DNA of 59,344 nt, filler included, from Sphacelaria rigidula (GCA_964200075.2; 7 parts of 7 records of this genome joined end to end with filler, not necessarily neighbours in it), one strand, 5' to 3'. Positions 39,611 to 53,544 are shown, numbered from the whole stretch's first letter. Made by a program: numbers and translations. Notes: a model not told the origin generated them from the sequence alone.

Positions 39611-40658
39611 TGACGCTGCGCCTGGGGAACTACAGTATTACACGTACTCTTCAACACTGATGTGCTGTGGCGGTTCACGTTAAAAGTATCACACGGATCA
39701 ACACGAAGTCTTCAAAGCAAGGCACGTTAAAGCCAACTTGAACGCACAACCCAACAAGCCATCTACATCAATGTATGTCAAGCGCACAAATACGCCTTCG
39801 TCGTTGATAGCAAACTTCACCAACCCTAAAAAATATTCCCACAAATATACCAAACATATGCCTGCCCCGATTTAAAATGCCCACGACACTGTACTGCGTG
39901 AGAGGAGCGCGTCCTTAAAGGATCGCACCGTAGTTCAAAACACCTCAGGATCGACAATTCTCAAAACCAATCCGGCCAGTCCCTGCACGTACCACGCCCA
40001 TGACCATAACACTAACACTAACACTAACCCTAACCCTAACCCTAACCATAGGGATGTTCAAATTCCGATGCGGTCCTCTAAGCACGCGATCCTCTCACGC
40101 ATTACAACACTGTCGAACAGCGACGAGACCTTTTCACGCTTTTCATCCCCTACTGGTTCAACAGCACCCGCCTACTCATATTTCAGTCAGTCACAACGGT
40201 ATCCTAGTATCTGATATACTGTTATTGGATGGGCCAACAGGCGATCATCGCCTCGAGGCTTACTTCCTTTGTTTTCTCACTCCATGCGACCATTTCTTGG
40301 GTCAAGAGCCCCGGAGAAGGCGAGATGAGTTGCCCAGGTCATCATCGATTACCGAATACACGCCTGTGGCGTAGATCCATGATATGACGCTGCGCCTGGG
40401 GAACTACAGTATTACACGTACTCTTCAATACTGATGTGCTGTGGCGGTTCACGTTAAAAGTATCACACGGATCAACACGAAGTCTTTAAAGCGAGGCACG
40501 TTAAAGCCAACTTGAACGCACAACCCAACAAGCCATCTACATCAATGTATGTCAGGCGCACAAATACGCCTTCGTCGTTGATAGCAAACTTTACCAACCC
40601 TAAAAAATATTCCCACAAATATACCAAACATATGCCTGCCCCGATTTAAAATGCCCAC
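39611..40658. repeat. Pair of 274-bp direct repeats (39611-39884, 40385-40658) with a 500-bp spacer
   Basis: Copies align by eye with about 5 substitutions, all transitions; spacer holds a (CCCTAA)-like tract at ~40003-40050. Confidence 0.9.
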
Positions 40659-41071
40659 TGCACTGGCGAACAGCGTCGACACACACCAAATCGCTTGCCC
40701 CTCCTTTTAGTCTCACCTATCAATACAGTCGTAAGCACCCACCTATTCATGTCATCTGGGCAATACACTGGCTGCACACGGCAGCGTGGCGAATGGTCAT
40801 TCTGGTGGTCGCATTCGCGCCAACACTATTTATTCGATGAGTGGGTAAACTCTTCACAAAGTTGGGCGGATACGTCGTTAAACTGCGTCGAGTGCCAGGT
40901 GAACGCTTTATCGTACCTTGAAACCACCTTTGGGTTCTTGTTTTTAAACCCAAGGCAATTTCCTTACAGTACACCACATGGGGTATATGATATCTTTTGA
41001 CACTCACAATAACGATTTCCACGACAACGTCCCTGATGCGATAACCACCAGCGGGATCACTGTGCTCCTCA

Positions 41072-41152
41072 TCAGTTGTCATCGCCATCGCTGTCACCAC
41101 TGTCATTGCTGTCATCGCCATCGCTGTCAACACTGTCATCGCTGTCATCGCT

Positions 41153-41185
<33 letters not shown>

Positions 41186-42225
41186 ACCGCAGCTCCCGTC
41201 ATCTTCAGTTTGTGAGCTGTCATCTTCAGATGGTGACCTACTATCATCGGATGGTGACGCACACTATCATCATCAGTTATTGAGGTCTCGTCATCACCAC
41301 TTGTTGAGGTCCCGTCATCACCTGTTGTTGAGATCCCGTCATCACCGCTTGTTGAGACTCCGTCATCACCGCTTGTTGAGACCCCGTCATCCTCTGTTGT
41401 TGGGGTCCCGTCATCCTCTGTTGTTGGGGTCCCGTCATCCTCTGTTGTTGAGGTCCCGTTATCCTCTGTTGAGGTCCCGTCATCCTCTGTTGTTAAGGCC
41501 CCGTCATCCTCTGTTGTTGAGGTCCCGTCATCATTAGTTCGTGTGGTACTGTCATCACCGCTAGTCGATGTAGCCGCCGTGGAAGTCGTAGCAGAGCTGC
41601 TATCATCAGCCGATGTGGCGGAGGAAGATCCACCGCATGTGTGATCCCACGTTGTCAACATGGAATCCGACCTGAGAACAACATGCAAACAATTCCGCAC
41701 GAGTACGGTATATCCAGTCGGTGCCCGATAGAGCCAATCACTTTCGATTACCAACATGATACTCCTGGCGCGAAACAGTTCTGGAAGCTTCCCTCTTCGC
41801 TTGCTACGGCCATGCAACAAATCTGCACGAATATCCGGCGCCTGGTTTGCTTGGCCCTGCGGTACCTTCAGCTGGAAGGCGGTTAAGGCGAGATTCTTGA
41901 CTTTACGCATGATTGGGTGCAGTGCTTCCTGCAAGGGGGCGACAGGGGCTGAGGCTCTTCGAATTCCCGCCGCGAGAATACAGCTGCGATGGATACGTCA
42001 CTAAAGAACCCTCCTGATGTAGATACGATTAGATCGGGGGCAAAGGCAAAGTAATCGGTCGGGGAGCCAAGAATGATGCAAATTGTAGAGGCTGGACTCA
42101 CTCGTCGTCACTGTCCGCGGAACACTCGTCGTCCTCGCACGTGTTGCCGCACACTGTACCCTGAGCAATTTGGCGGGCCACGACAGAGCCACTTGCCATC
42201 GAAGTGAAGTAGTTGTCGTACACCT
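41072..42225 (-). pseudogene. Frameshifted multi-exon gene with Thr/Ser/Asp-rich acidic repeat tail
   Basis: 24-bp repeats encode TTEDDGTS-like units (41270-41530). The 9-bp repeats (41075-41190) read DDG/DDS only after a shift near 41260 and end at TGA 41072-41074. An exon-like Cys-containing segment lies at ~42102-42223 with a gtgagt donor. Confidence 0.4.
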
Positions 42226-43717
42226 GGGTAATAACAGGGAAAATGACATGCACGTCGTGGATACAACCAGTTGGCCTACACGGTGGGAAAACAAGAAAGA
42301 ACAACAAATTGTGCGAATGGAGGTTTAACTCCGAGATGAGGTTCAAGCCTAAAACAGTGCTTTCNNNNNNNNNNNNNNNNNNNNNNNNNNNNNNNNNNNN
42401 NNNNNNNNTTAATTAATTAANNNNNNNNNNNNNNNNNNNNNNNNNNNNNNNNNNNNNNNNNNNNCAGTGTTTTCCCCACACTTTCAGCGATGGGGAAAGC
42501 ACTGTTTTAGGCTTGAACCTTATCTCGGAGTTAAACCTCAATTCGCACAACTTGTTGTTTAAGTTAGAGCGAATGATCAAGCCACTCTCAGTCCACGCTC
42601 TATTCTCAATCTCACGAAAACGTTGTTGGCTGCTGGATCCCTGGGGGGTTAGGTCAAGTACGACAATCAATCAAATCAAATCAAATCAAGATGACCTGAG
42701 CCCTTAGACCGCGAGGGTAGTCCATCTGGATAATGAATAATTCTTTCAAGTTCAATTGATGCCGATTCAACACCAGACCTACTCTCGCCATCAAAGAGTT
42801 GACCCCTTAGACCGCAATGCGGATAGTACATCTGGACCACGCACACATTTTTCACGTAAACCTGATGCCGATTCAGCTCGTGACCTACCCTCGAAGTCAA
42901 AGGGTTGACCCGCTATCGGGAAATATGTGTGTACACCCGACTTGCTAAGGTCGCGATACCGTACAGGGTCACAGGCGAGAGGGGGGTGGCGTCCACAACG
43001 TGTTGGTGCTACATACAGAAGCCATCAATAAGTGGCAGTTGTGCAATCACATTACTTCGATTTGAATGTTATACATCGCAGGAAAAGCAATTGGACGGCT
43101 GACTTTTGTATCACAAGTTTTCTGCTTGAACGCTATTAGTGTTCTGATCGTGTTCGTATATGCGTCACCGCCGGTACTGCATCCGTTTCTTGAACCAAGC
43201 ATCGATGACGCGACAACCGCCCGCTGGTGACGGAACGGAAGAGCCTAGCTTGACCGTAACACCAGCCCCGAAATCCGAACCGTACGGTGTTGCACAACCT
43301 CCCGCATCACAAAAGACCGACGCGTTGTGTGTTTTGAGTCCAGTTATTGTGTCGATGCGGAGAGACTCGGGTACCATTTCTGGGGGGGAAGGGGCGTGGT
43401 CGTTGTAGCGACCGTGAACGGCAAATGAGCGGGAAAAGAGCCCAATGTGTAGGCGCCATGGTTGGAGTTGGCGTGTAGACTTCCCCTCACGGTGTAGATA
43501 GCGGTGGCCTAGCAGAGGTACGTTCTCGGCCGATTGATGGCCCAGATAAGTACGATTGAAAAATAATTCCTAGATCAGGTATACCTCGGCGAGATGTGGC
43601 CTACAAAAGGTAAGCGGTTTCAGGAGGCGACATGTTCGTTTTCGCGTGGCCATATCTATCGAGTAACATGTTTTTATCCGTTTGTTTTCGAGTCCCGGGT
43701 GGCAATGGCCGCCCCAA

Positions 43718-46260
43718 TTAATGTGCGTGGCCCATCACTTCAGAGGCGGATGATGCGTCGCGCGACGTAGTCGAGGAATATGCTGATGATATCAGGGATG
43801 GAATCGGAGCGGAAGAGCCGGAGAAGATCGTCGGGGATGTCTGCGGTGCTTGATGCATCGGCGGAGTCGGCGGGCGCGGCGGCATGTGCTGCATCGGCGG
43901 AAAGGTCGGTCGCGACGGCGGCAGCATCGGCTGAGTCGGCGGAGTCCGCGGGCGCGGCGGCGTTTGCTGCATCGGCGGAGAGGTCGGTCGCGGCGGCGGC
44001 AGCATCCGCTGAGTCGGCGGAGTCCGCTGGCGCGGCGGCGACAGCGGCTCGAATTCCACTGTGTGATATGTCGGCGGGAGCAGCGGCGTTGCGACAGCGG
44101 CGGCGGTGCTGCCATGAACCTCCCTACTCCTGACTAGTGGCGTTCCGTGGCGCTGCTCTGCTGGCGGCGCGGCGGCGACGGCGACGGCGACGGTACTGGA
44201 ATGGGCCTCCTCCCCCCCGACCAGCGGCGTTGCCGACGATTCGATTGGCACACGTGGTACCGTACAGACAACGTTGTTCGTGTAGCAGCCTGCATCGGTA
44301 GCAGCCTTCAGGACCTTCACAGTCGATGAAGAATGGTTACTGCCATTGTTGAGGTAATGACAGGCCACGGACTGAACATCCATCTTTCCTCGGCGGTTGA
44401 CCCGCATCATGCCGGGTTGGTGAAACGGCACAATCTGTAGCGGCGGGCGCTTGCCGGTGAACACTCCATAAGGCGACAGTCTTCCCGGGTCCGCCGTAGT
44501 GACGGAACAGTTGAACCCGTCCGCTGCCCACACCGCGGCCTTCAGCCATGGACGCTCCATGTTCTCCCCCAGGTGAGGTATGTCGTGGAAGCGGCACTCC
44601 GGGAATAGACGCTGCGCTTCGAGACGGGCTGCGTGGCCCCCGTTCATGACCCTCCAAATTGCATTTTCCACCACAGCGTTGTGCTTCGGAGTGTCGGGGG
44701 CAGTGTACTCACGACGAATCGTTGCATCGTCGCAGAAGGCGCCGAAATCGCTGGAGGTGAACTCGCCCCCATTGTCCATGCGAAAACAACCGGGGGTACC
44801 GATGGCGCTGACGTCGGCGATGAAACGCTCCACCTTCGCCAGCGTGTCAGACTTACGTGCGAGGCCATAAAACATCATGAAGCGCGACTTGCTGTCGACG
44901 CAGCCCAGCATATGAGTTGATGCACCCAGAGTACGAGGGTGTGGGCCTGTGAGGTCGAGATGCACGATGCCAAGTACGGTCTTTGCCCTCGTGCCCAGTC
45001 CTCGCGGAATACCTGCCCTCTGTCCCTTCGCTTCCAAACACCCCGCACATGACGCCAGTAACCCCGTCAAAGTAATGCCCTGTTGTTTGGCAATTTCTTG
45101 CAATAACGTCTCATGGATGTGGGGAAGGGAAACGTGTAAAAAAGTAATGTCGACTTCTTGTTCCGGTTTTCCAACTGAAAATGGGCGAGAACTGGGGGCA
45201 AAAACAGCGAGGGCCGTCCCGTTTTCAGCCATAACTCCCGTGCCTTCTCTCAGAAAACGCGGGAAACGATCTTGGTCGGGGGTCATGTCAATTCCATTCA
45301 ACAATGCCTCATCTTCGAACACGCTCAAATCTGGGTAGTGAAGCCCTTTGACTGCACGGAGGGAACCAACACCGTTGGAGGGGACAGGTACAACGCTTGC
45401 AGGTAAAGCGGACTGTAAGCCAACACTTGAATTCACCACGCTCGCCGGTGGAACGGAGTGGAATCGAACGCTGGTGGGAGGGGCAGGTACAACGCTTGCA
45501 GGTGAAGCGGACTGTAAGCCAACACTTGAAATCACCACGTTCGCCGGTGGAACGGAGTGGAATCGAACGCTGGTGGGAGGGGCAGGTACAACGCTTGCAG
45601 GTGAAGCGGACTGTGAGCCAACACTTGAAATCACCACGTTCGCTGGTAGAACGGATTGGAATCGAACACTTGAGCGAGGGGAAGGAATTCCTATGGCTGG
45701 CACGGCAGGTGGGGCAAGTGGGGGGTTCCGGTATCTTGGCGGTAATCGGATGGCCCTTTGTGATGAAGACCGCTCATTGCGATCGAAGCAAAGCTGACCG
45801 TCAAACATATGTAACCCTGTTTTAGTCAAAAGTACATCCTGCTTTTTTTACACTTGGTGCAGAGAAAAAAGGTTGAAATGCATACCTTCAAGAACGTAAA
45901 CATGACTAATGTCGAGATAGCCCCCCGAACCGGCCAAAAACGTGCACGGAGGTGATGGTCATAAGTACCGTTAGAGCCGGTTTTGTACTGCACGAAGCGA
46001 CTCCTTTGGGCGTTATAGCTGATTTTAGACTGCTACACGCCTCTCAAGTGGGCGAAATTGCTGCACAGGAGCCCAATAGTGGAATCGCAACCTCGCTCCA
46101 TTCGCTCGCCTTTGGTCGTTTTGGTGGGATGTCCAAAATGTCTGCATCCGGGAACCAGCATGATATAGTGATGCTAGCCTTCCTGAGAGTAAATTCAAGC
46201 CCACTACGCCCCCAGGTACATGTACCTGAAGCCGATGCGACAAGCGGCAAATTAGTCATA
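43718..46260 (-). mobile_element. Ty1/Copia LTR retrotransposon pol fragment (GAG-pre-integrase + rve integrase); RT not recognisable
   Basis: ORF 43718-45829 contains HVSLPH...CAGCLEAK, VHLDLTGP, CVDSKSRF, FRMDNGGEF, TAPDTPKHNAVVEN (DDE integrase). The upstream protease-adjacent FNLFSLHQV segment is interrupted by a stop. Confidence 0.9.
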
Positions 46261-49154
46261 ATATAATGAAGCCGTTCATGCCGATTACATGGGTATTACG
46301 TGGACCACGTATGGAAGACTTTCATTGAGAGGCAACATCACAACCTGAAAGCACCATGCCCACGCCACACAAGCCATCCGAGGAGCATGTCCCTGCTAAC
46401 CCTTATTAAACATCCAAAACTGCACAGTACATATATGTCGGCAGGGCCTACGGGCCAAGGCATCAAGGGGTGGGACAGCCATCGTATGTATCCTGCAAAA
46501 CGAAGACATTCGCGGACGTCTCGGGACACGAAGCAGCCTTGCTTTTTTCTGCCTAGGAATTCAATCAATTGCACTACACAATGGGGAAAACGTTCCACTC
46601 GGCGGGTGCTGTGGTGTATATCGCCGAGCGGCTCCTGCGGCGGAACGAAGCTCAAATGCCGCGCCCCCCCTATGTAAACGTCCTGGAGATGCCTGCACGC
46701 TACATCTGCGGCACCAACTCCTACTCAGCCCTGGCCGGCCCAACTCCCGCCGTGAGTCGCACGACTACTCTCTAGACCTTTCTTCCTGTTGCACCACATA
46801 ACGGCATCCGCGCCAGTCGTCGGGAACTTCGCTTTTCCACCCCAAACTAGTTGGAGTAGGGATCCATCCCCATCCCCGGGGGGAAAAATGTACTGTCTTG
46901 ATACAGCGTCATCAAAGTCGGACGAGGACAGCTTACATTTACCCACTCTCTTCTGGGGCATGGTCCAGTAACTGGTATTCATCCTTTCGAATGCGGTCGC
47001 CGACGTACAGGTTGCGAACGAGTGGGGTTTATGGCTCCTTGTGGAATCGTCACGATCCACTGCCTCGCGCATGTCAGAAACCGCCGCCTTCCACACGTCC
47101 GCCTCCTTATCGGGAATCAATTCCTGGAGGATCTTTGTGCGAGTATTCTCCATGGTCTCTCGCTTTTTCTCCGTAACACTGCGGTGCAAACGTTGGGATG
47201 CGGACGAACACCGGCGTCATGAAGTATTTGGTGGCAGCTCGCGTTATGAAATGATCCATGCAGAAAAATGGAATTTCAGGATGTTCATTCAGGGAAGCTA
47301 AATGGCGTCGACTCAGTTTCAGAAACCGGATGCGTTACATTTTTTCAAGGTTTCCCGCGGGACGGGCACTGCTATATGTCATTACGTTATCCATTCGCAC
47401 ATGCATTTTGTCTGTAGTTTCGACATTCGCCCGACAATCATATTCCCATGAAATGTGCGCGCTGTAACATATCCTCACCCTTCAGGAGGGTGCACGGGAC
47501 TTGCACTAGCCAAAGCGCCGCCAGAGTCTAGTGCGATATGATTGTCTGCCCTGTCATCTCTAACAAGGTCGATGATGGTCCCCTCGGCTTCTGAATGGGA
47601 TGGTGCAGCGGATGCACTCGAGTTGTCATCTTCATCAGATGAAAAGACGCCATCTTCCTTGCGTCTTCTGATGATGGAAACCGTAGCGCCGTTCTCCTTA
47701 GGATCACTGTCGCAGCTCTTCTCTTCACGGTCACCGTCATCGCCGCGATCCCTGTCGGGGAGTCCGCCTCCATCAGATTCTTCTTGTCTTGTGCGGCGAC
47801 TTTCCCCACACTCCGCACCGCCGGCATTGTTGCGGTTGTTGTCGCTACTCTCACGATCGGCACCGTGAACTGCGACGGTGCCTTCGTCCGAGATGTCAGG
47901 TAATGGCGATTATGGAGGAGGTGCCTACGAAGGCTTCTTCTGAGGGGCGGGGAACTTTCCGCGTTTGCCCTCCTTTCTCCGCTTAGGGTTAATAGGGCGT
48001 ACGCCTGCGCCACTTCTCTTGCCGACGGCATGACTGCCCGCCGATCGGCTGCTGCCGGAACGCGCAAGGCTGATGTAGTCCTCTCCGCCTCCGCCCCCAC
48101 CTCGAGCCCTATCCAGTCGAGTATTCCGAGCATCATCGGCATCGCTGCCCTCGGCGTTTGTCCATGCCCCGGTTGTGAGACTCAACAGGCTCGATACCGT
48201 CGACGGGGCCGGGGTCCCTCTATATCAATTCCAATCAGCGCGGTGGGGTTACGCCGCGGCTGAACATGGAGACGTTGTACGTCAGGATATAGTTCGGCAT
48301 GGCATATTGTTCCCGACATTCACAATTAATCGTATTACAATTCATAATCGTGCGACGAGCGGAGGCATGGGGCTAGCAGGATGCATCTCGAGAGACTATC
48401 AAGTATCGCGTGCCTCTGGGTCTAACTAGCGAGGTATTGCTCACCAATCATACCATAAGTGAGAGGTCGTAACACACAAGCGAATGACCCCATAAAATCG
48501 AAATATCACCGTGAAGTGGATGATGCTGTGACGTCTCCGGGATGAGCTGTGCACTACATCGGCGCACGTTTGTAGCACGCTCAACGAGCTCCCATATCCT
48601 TTGAAAACATGACACCAGATGACGGCACTCACATCTCGACCCGGCGTCAAATTTCTCCGTACTCGATATATTGCCCCCGCTTGTTGATGTTGTACAAAAT
48701 TCTACATCGCGAAATTGATGTCCTGGTACTAAAAACAGATTGTACGCTGATTGCAGTTGACTGTGCCGTGTGCGTAGTGACAACCATCACCGTCAAGACT
48801 CCAGTCACGAACGACCACCATCAAAATATACTTGACTGTCGCATCTCGCCGTCGAAATTACTCTTTTTCACATCTGGTTTCCTAGCGTTCTTAATAACGG
48901 GGCCACCCGCAAAACCCCGTGAGCATGAGGTGAAGGTTATCGCCCCGTGTATCGGAGGGTGTCACTGATATCAGAAGTCGACGTGAATGTGCTGTCTGTG
49001 TCTGCGTGAGGAATAAGTCGAAGCGTAACAGCTCCGGTAAATTCCATGTGTGACAGCGGGTTCCATTATTCCATCGTGTCCCAGTATAATGTAGACAAGA
49101 TGCCGGTGCATGCACGTCGATGGGATGAACCGTCATCACGATGCTGACAGGAAC

Positions 49155-49418
49155 TTGGTTTTGAAAATCGGCCGATGTGTGTTCTGAATTGAATTCCGCC
49201 ACGAAGTCGATAGTGTGCTGTAGCGCGTATGGGGAACTGGTTTTGAATACCGGCCGATGTGTGTCATGAATTGAATTCCGCCACGACGCCGGTAGTGTGC
49301 TGTAGCGTGTATGGGGAGCTAGTTTTGAAAACCGACCGATGTATGTCACGAAATGAATACCGCCACGAAGCCGGTAGTGTGCTGTAGCGCTTACGGGGAT
49401 CTGGTTTTGAAAACCGAC
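49155..49418. repeat. Tandem repeat, ~82-bp unit x3
   Basis: GTTTTGAA(A/T)A(T/C)CGGCCGATGTGT...GAATTCCGCCACGA...TAGTGTGCTGTAGCG repeated three times. Confidence 0.85.
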
Positions 49419-52189
49419 TCAGGTATGTCCCATGATGAGACTTTCCTCTGGGGCGTAGATATGATGGAGCGAATATGATGCCACTGTCTGGCGTGGCGGA
49501 GAGAATGCATCTTACCGGTTATATATGTGAGTCGAAATTTAGAATGGAAGATCCGAATATGGCGAAGCTCGTCAGGTGTTGAGGGTTTTCGCCGCTTGTT
49601 CGATTGTCATGGTTTCTTTTATGGAAATGATGTCTCAGAACCTTACGCGAATTCTGACCCTAACTCCATCCTGCGAAACGAGAGACTCCTGAGCTTGTAA
49701 AATGCAACATGCATTCTGGGGTAAGTGTGCATTGAGTGATGCTACGATAGGGGTTAGTTGTTCTAGCCAAAATGTTTCTCGGGGTGTTGGACGGATCATT
49801 TTGAGAACCGGCATTATTTTTACTCGAGAAATATTGCTGAAATGATGCCGATTCACGAAAAGGCCCCTGGGTGCATCTGCATGTCTGGTCCCCGGATGTT
49901 TCGGTTGTAAAGTAAGCCGCACATATTCGGGTTTCTACAAAGAGACCCGAAAACAAAACGTGCAACCCCTATCGTAGCATGACTCCGTTGGAAGGTCTCA
50001 ATTTGGGGGCTCGGGTGTGAACTGCGACGAAGCCACTTGATATGCCCCGGCACCAGCACTCGAATCAATGGACCCATTCAAAAAGCCACAATTTGCTTTC
50101 TACTCTAGCATGAACTCTATAGCATCAATTTCAAACGGTTACTTTCAACAGTCGATGAAATCGGTTGCCATTTTTCACGTTACTGGTAGCTTTGATGTTC
50201 TGCCACGCACTGGTCAACCGTACAATGTGATATCTCAACGTGCAACCTTTTGATGCCCCTCGCCTTTGATAATTCTTCCGATGCATGCTGAAAATGTGCC
50301 CATGGCCTTTTTCAACCCCATCGTCTCTGCCTCCGCACGGGAAAAATCGGCGATGAACGTGATAGTATCCACGAGAACGGAGATAAGGGTTCGTAGATGA
50401 TGGGTACTAGTGGCCGGCATTTACTATCGACTGGGCGCAAATAACATGAGCACTTCAATCGTCGATAGCCGTTGTGTCTCAGCGAACCTTCTTCCGCTTG
50501 CCATTACTATGAGGAGATAGGGGAAGTCTTTGCGCCAGTTGTGCACGGCATACTACTCATTTGTACACACGTTCCGTGCTAAGGCGGTCTGGCCCCCCCG
50601 AGAACTCCAGTACAGTACCGCGGGGGGTTAAGTTCGTTACCGTACACCATCATGAAGAGGGCGCTTCTTGTTTGGCCTTGGCTCGAAATGAAGCAGGGTT
50701 ATGGTGCCCCCCCCGCCCAAAATCCCAGACCCTATGCCCTCTTTTTGAACCCTGGAGTTTTTCGGGGGGGGGGGGGGGGGGTGCCCTATTGTTGCTTCTC
50801 CTTGACCTTTGGCCATTGAACACGGAGGGGGGGGCGGGGGGGGGGGGACAATTANNNNNNNNNNNNNNNNNNNNNNNNNNNNNNNNNNNNNNNNNNNNTT
50901 AATTAATTAANNNNNNNNNNNNNNNNNNNNNNNNNNNNNNNNNNNNNNNNNNNNAGGGTCATCATCCACAGGATGCCCTTGTCTCCTGGTCATCATCCAG
51001 GATCCTGCACATGCTGTATCTACTACGCCTTGGTGTATTTTGGCTACAGGATTTGTGAATGCACGTGCGGTAAAGCTATCAATTTCTTTCGGTCTTGCTT
51101 ATTTTTCTTTCATCTTACACACTCATATTGTCTGCATCTCCGGGTGGCGTGTCTACCGTAACTGTCTTTTGAGCCAGTCGATTGTATTTTGAATGCTTTG
51201 TAATTTTGCGCCGCCGTCGTCTTGCTCTTTCGAGCTGCACAATTTTTCATTTTATGTTTTGTTAATTTTGTGTTGTGTTTTGCGCCCTTGATGTTTTTCT
51301 TTTGATCGTGCGGGTGTAGGCTATCCGCATGACCCTGTCTGTTGCGCTGCCTGTACTCATCATGCTTGAGCAAGATTCCGCTTGTAATCGTTTCATCTAT
51401 CTGGTTCGCAAGGTCGAAACGCCGAATTGACCGCCTGGCACACGACATTTCGATGTGCGTCACGTGGTATAAAACCGAGGCATATTTTCACGGACTCAAG
51501 ACTTTCAACGCATACTAACCGTGCCCTCTATTACTTCCGCCCTGTTTCGCCTACACTCTTGCCTTGGGTGTGTCACATCCCGATGAGGGAACCGGCGCTG
51601 AACGTGATTGCTTTGGGGAGGACACGCAGGAAACACTGAACGGTTTGCTCATGACGGTGTGTTCCGGCGTGGAGTGTCAGCAATCTGGTTTGGTATAGCT
51701 AATCCCGTGTACTTTTTTATAAAATTCTGGTGGCAGGGTTGTTGCCTTGGTGTCACTTGACATGATCTCAATTTTTATCCCACTCTGGTGATGGATTGTA
51801 TGGTTTACTATTCAACAGGTTGAGTTCTTGACGCACCCTGTACCGTAGTTGACTACCACCTTGGCTCTTCCTGATACCGTAGTTGGATACTACTTTGTTC
51901 AGGTACTGTAAGGTTGGCTTTCGATACCATGCAACCACAAATATTTCCGTGCAATGTCTTGTCATTACTTATGCAGTACGCAGACTTGGATAGTTTCCTT
52001 GCTTTACCTTTTTGCCCTTCACGCCCAGCGTACCATGCAAGTTGACTGCGCGACTACATACCTTTTGACAGTTCTTACAGACCCTACATATGGTTTTCAG
52101 ACACTCATTCCGCTGATGTGGTCGCTGAACTGCCTTGGGGGGGACGAAGCACGAGTTCCATATTTTTTGCTGGTTGTTGTCTCGCGTTC

Positions 52190-52570
52190 ACACCCTTTGC
52201 CACAAAACAACGCGGCCTCCCACCACAAGAACGCCGCATGATCAGAGAAGAAATGCACAAGCTTCTTGACCGAGATGTTGCTCACCCAACTTTCCCCGGC
52301 AACGTTTGGCGACTACACGATTTTATGTTTGGTAAAATTCGCCAAGTTCGCCAAATATATCTTTACTGCAGGGTCTCACAGGTTCCTTAGCCTGTTAATC
52401 GATAATACCGGCATACAACCAGCCCCCTCCGTGCGCAACGCAATTGCTCAGACGTCACGTCCATACAGTCGAAAAACTACGTTCGTTTCTAAAACCACCG
52501 GGTACCTTGGACAGTTTGTCCAGGAGCGCAGCATTCTCGTCGCCCCGCTGACCGATATTCTAAATAAGTA
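52190..52570 (+). mobile_element. Degenerate Ty3/Gypsy RT fragments
   Basis: PFATKQRGLPPQERRMIREEMHKLLDRDV (RT N-terminus) and TTGYLGQFVQERSILVAPLTDIL (RT thumb) in different frames. Confidence 0.65.
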
Positions 52571-53544
52571 GGGAAGCCAACAGTATTGCTGCACGATGTA
52601 GGTAAACGCGCGCTCTCCTTTTGCTGTCAAACTCATGTGCCGTACAACTGCAGCAAGACTTCACCACCGCAATCCGGTCGTCTCATGGTGGCTCAGCTAG
52701 GATATGGCATACGAACTAGAGACTCGCCCAATGACCATCAATGTACAACTCATGCATGTGAGGTCATGTTTTTTGTCATTTCTGTGCTTTGTCTCCGTAT
52801 ATTTAGTACAACGTACCTCATTATTATGTTTTTATTCAGCATACCTTGTCTATGTTATTTTCGCCATGATTATGTCTACAGTTTCACAGGATTCGAGAAC
52901 CTAGGGGGACGGCTGCTGAAAAGGTTGCAGAATTGTACAAATCTTGGCCCCAGAGAGAGTACGTTTCACGCACACTCTTGCGCAATCGTACCCTACCCGA
53001 CGACCCGACGCCATGCTACCGTCTGACACATTTCCCTTCGAGCTCTGGACTGGCCGTAAACATTACACACGCACCATCGCTGTCTCAAAAGCAAGAAGTT
53101 CCTTCCATATCCGCCCTTTCCATCCGAAACACTCCATACCCGAAGTGTTTGCGTCCCACCTGCGTCCCACCTTGGGAGGGACCAAACTGGAACGCAACAC
53201 CCACATTCCCCCTGACCCCTGAGTTTGTCCCCGTGTTGAATTGCATTGCCTGTGTCTGTCACCGCGTTGTTTTATCGAGGACTATACGTGGTTTCGGGCA
53301 CTGGTGGGTGGGGAAAAGGGAAAGACTTCAAAGGGGGGGAGGGGGGTGTACTTATTTGTTTCGAGCATCCAAGTATGTTCTGAGCTGCTGCACTCTGTAC
53401 TGCTTACAACTTCTTCACTAGCTTTATTGCATCTGAGTATTCTTTCAGCTGCTGCCATCTGCGCTGTTTCCGGATCAAAGTATTCTCTTAGCTACTGCCA
53501 GCTGTACTGTTTCCAATTTCTTCATCAACTTCACCCTTTGCTTT

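Noticed and set aside
42300..42556. Inverted repeat apparently spanning the gap (end of contig 5, start of contig 6)
   Set aside because: The join is artificial; both contigs simply end in the same high-copy repeat family.
49155..49418. Three-unit array as CRISPR
   Set aside because: The whole unit is repeated with no unique spacers; ordinary minisatellite.
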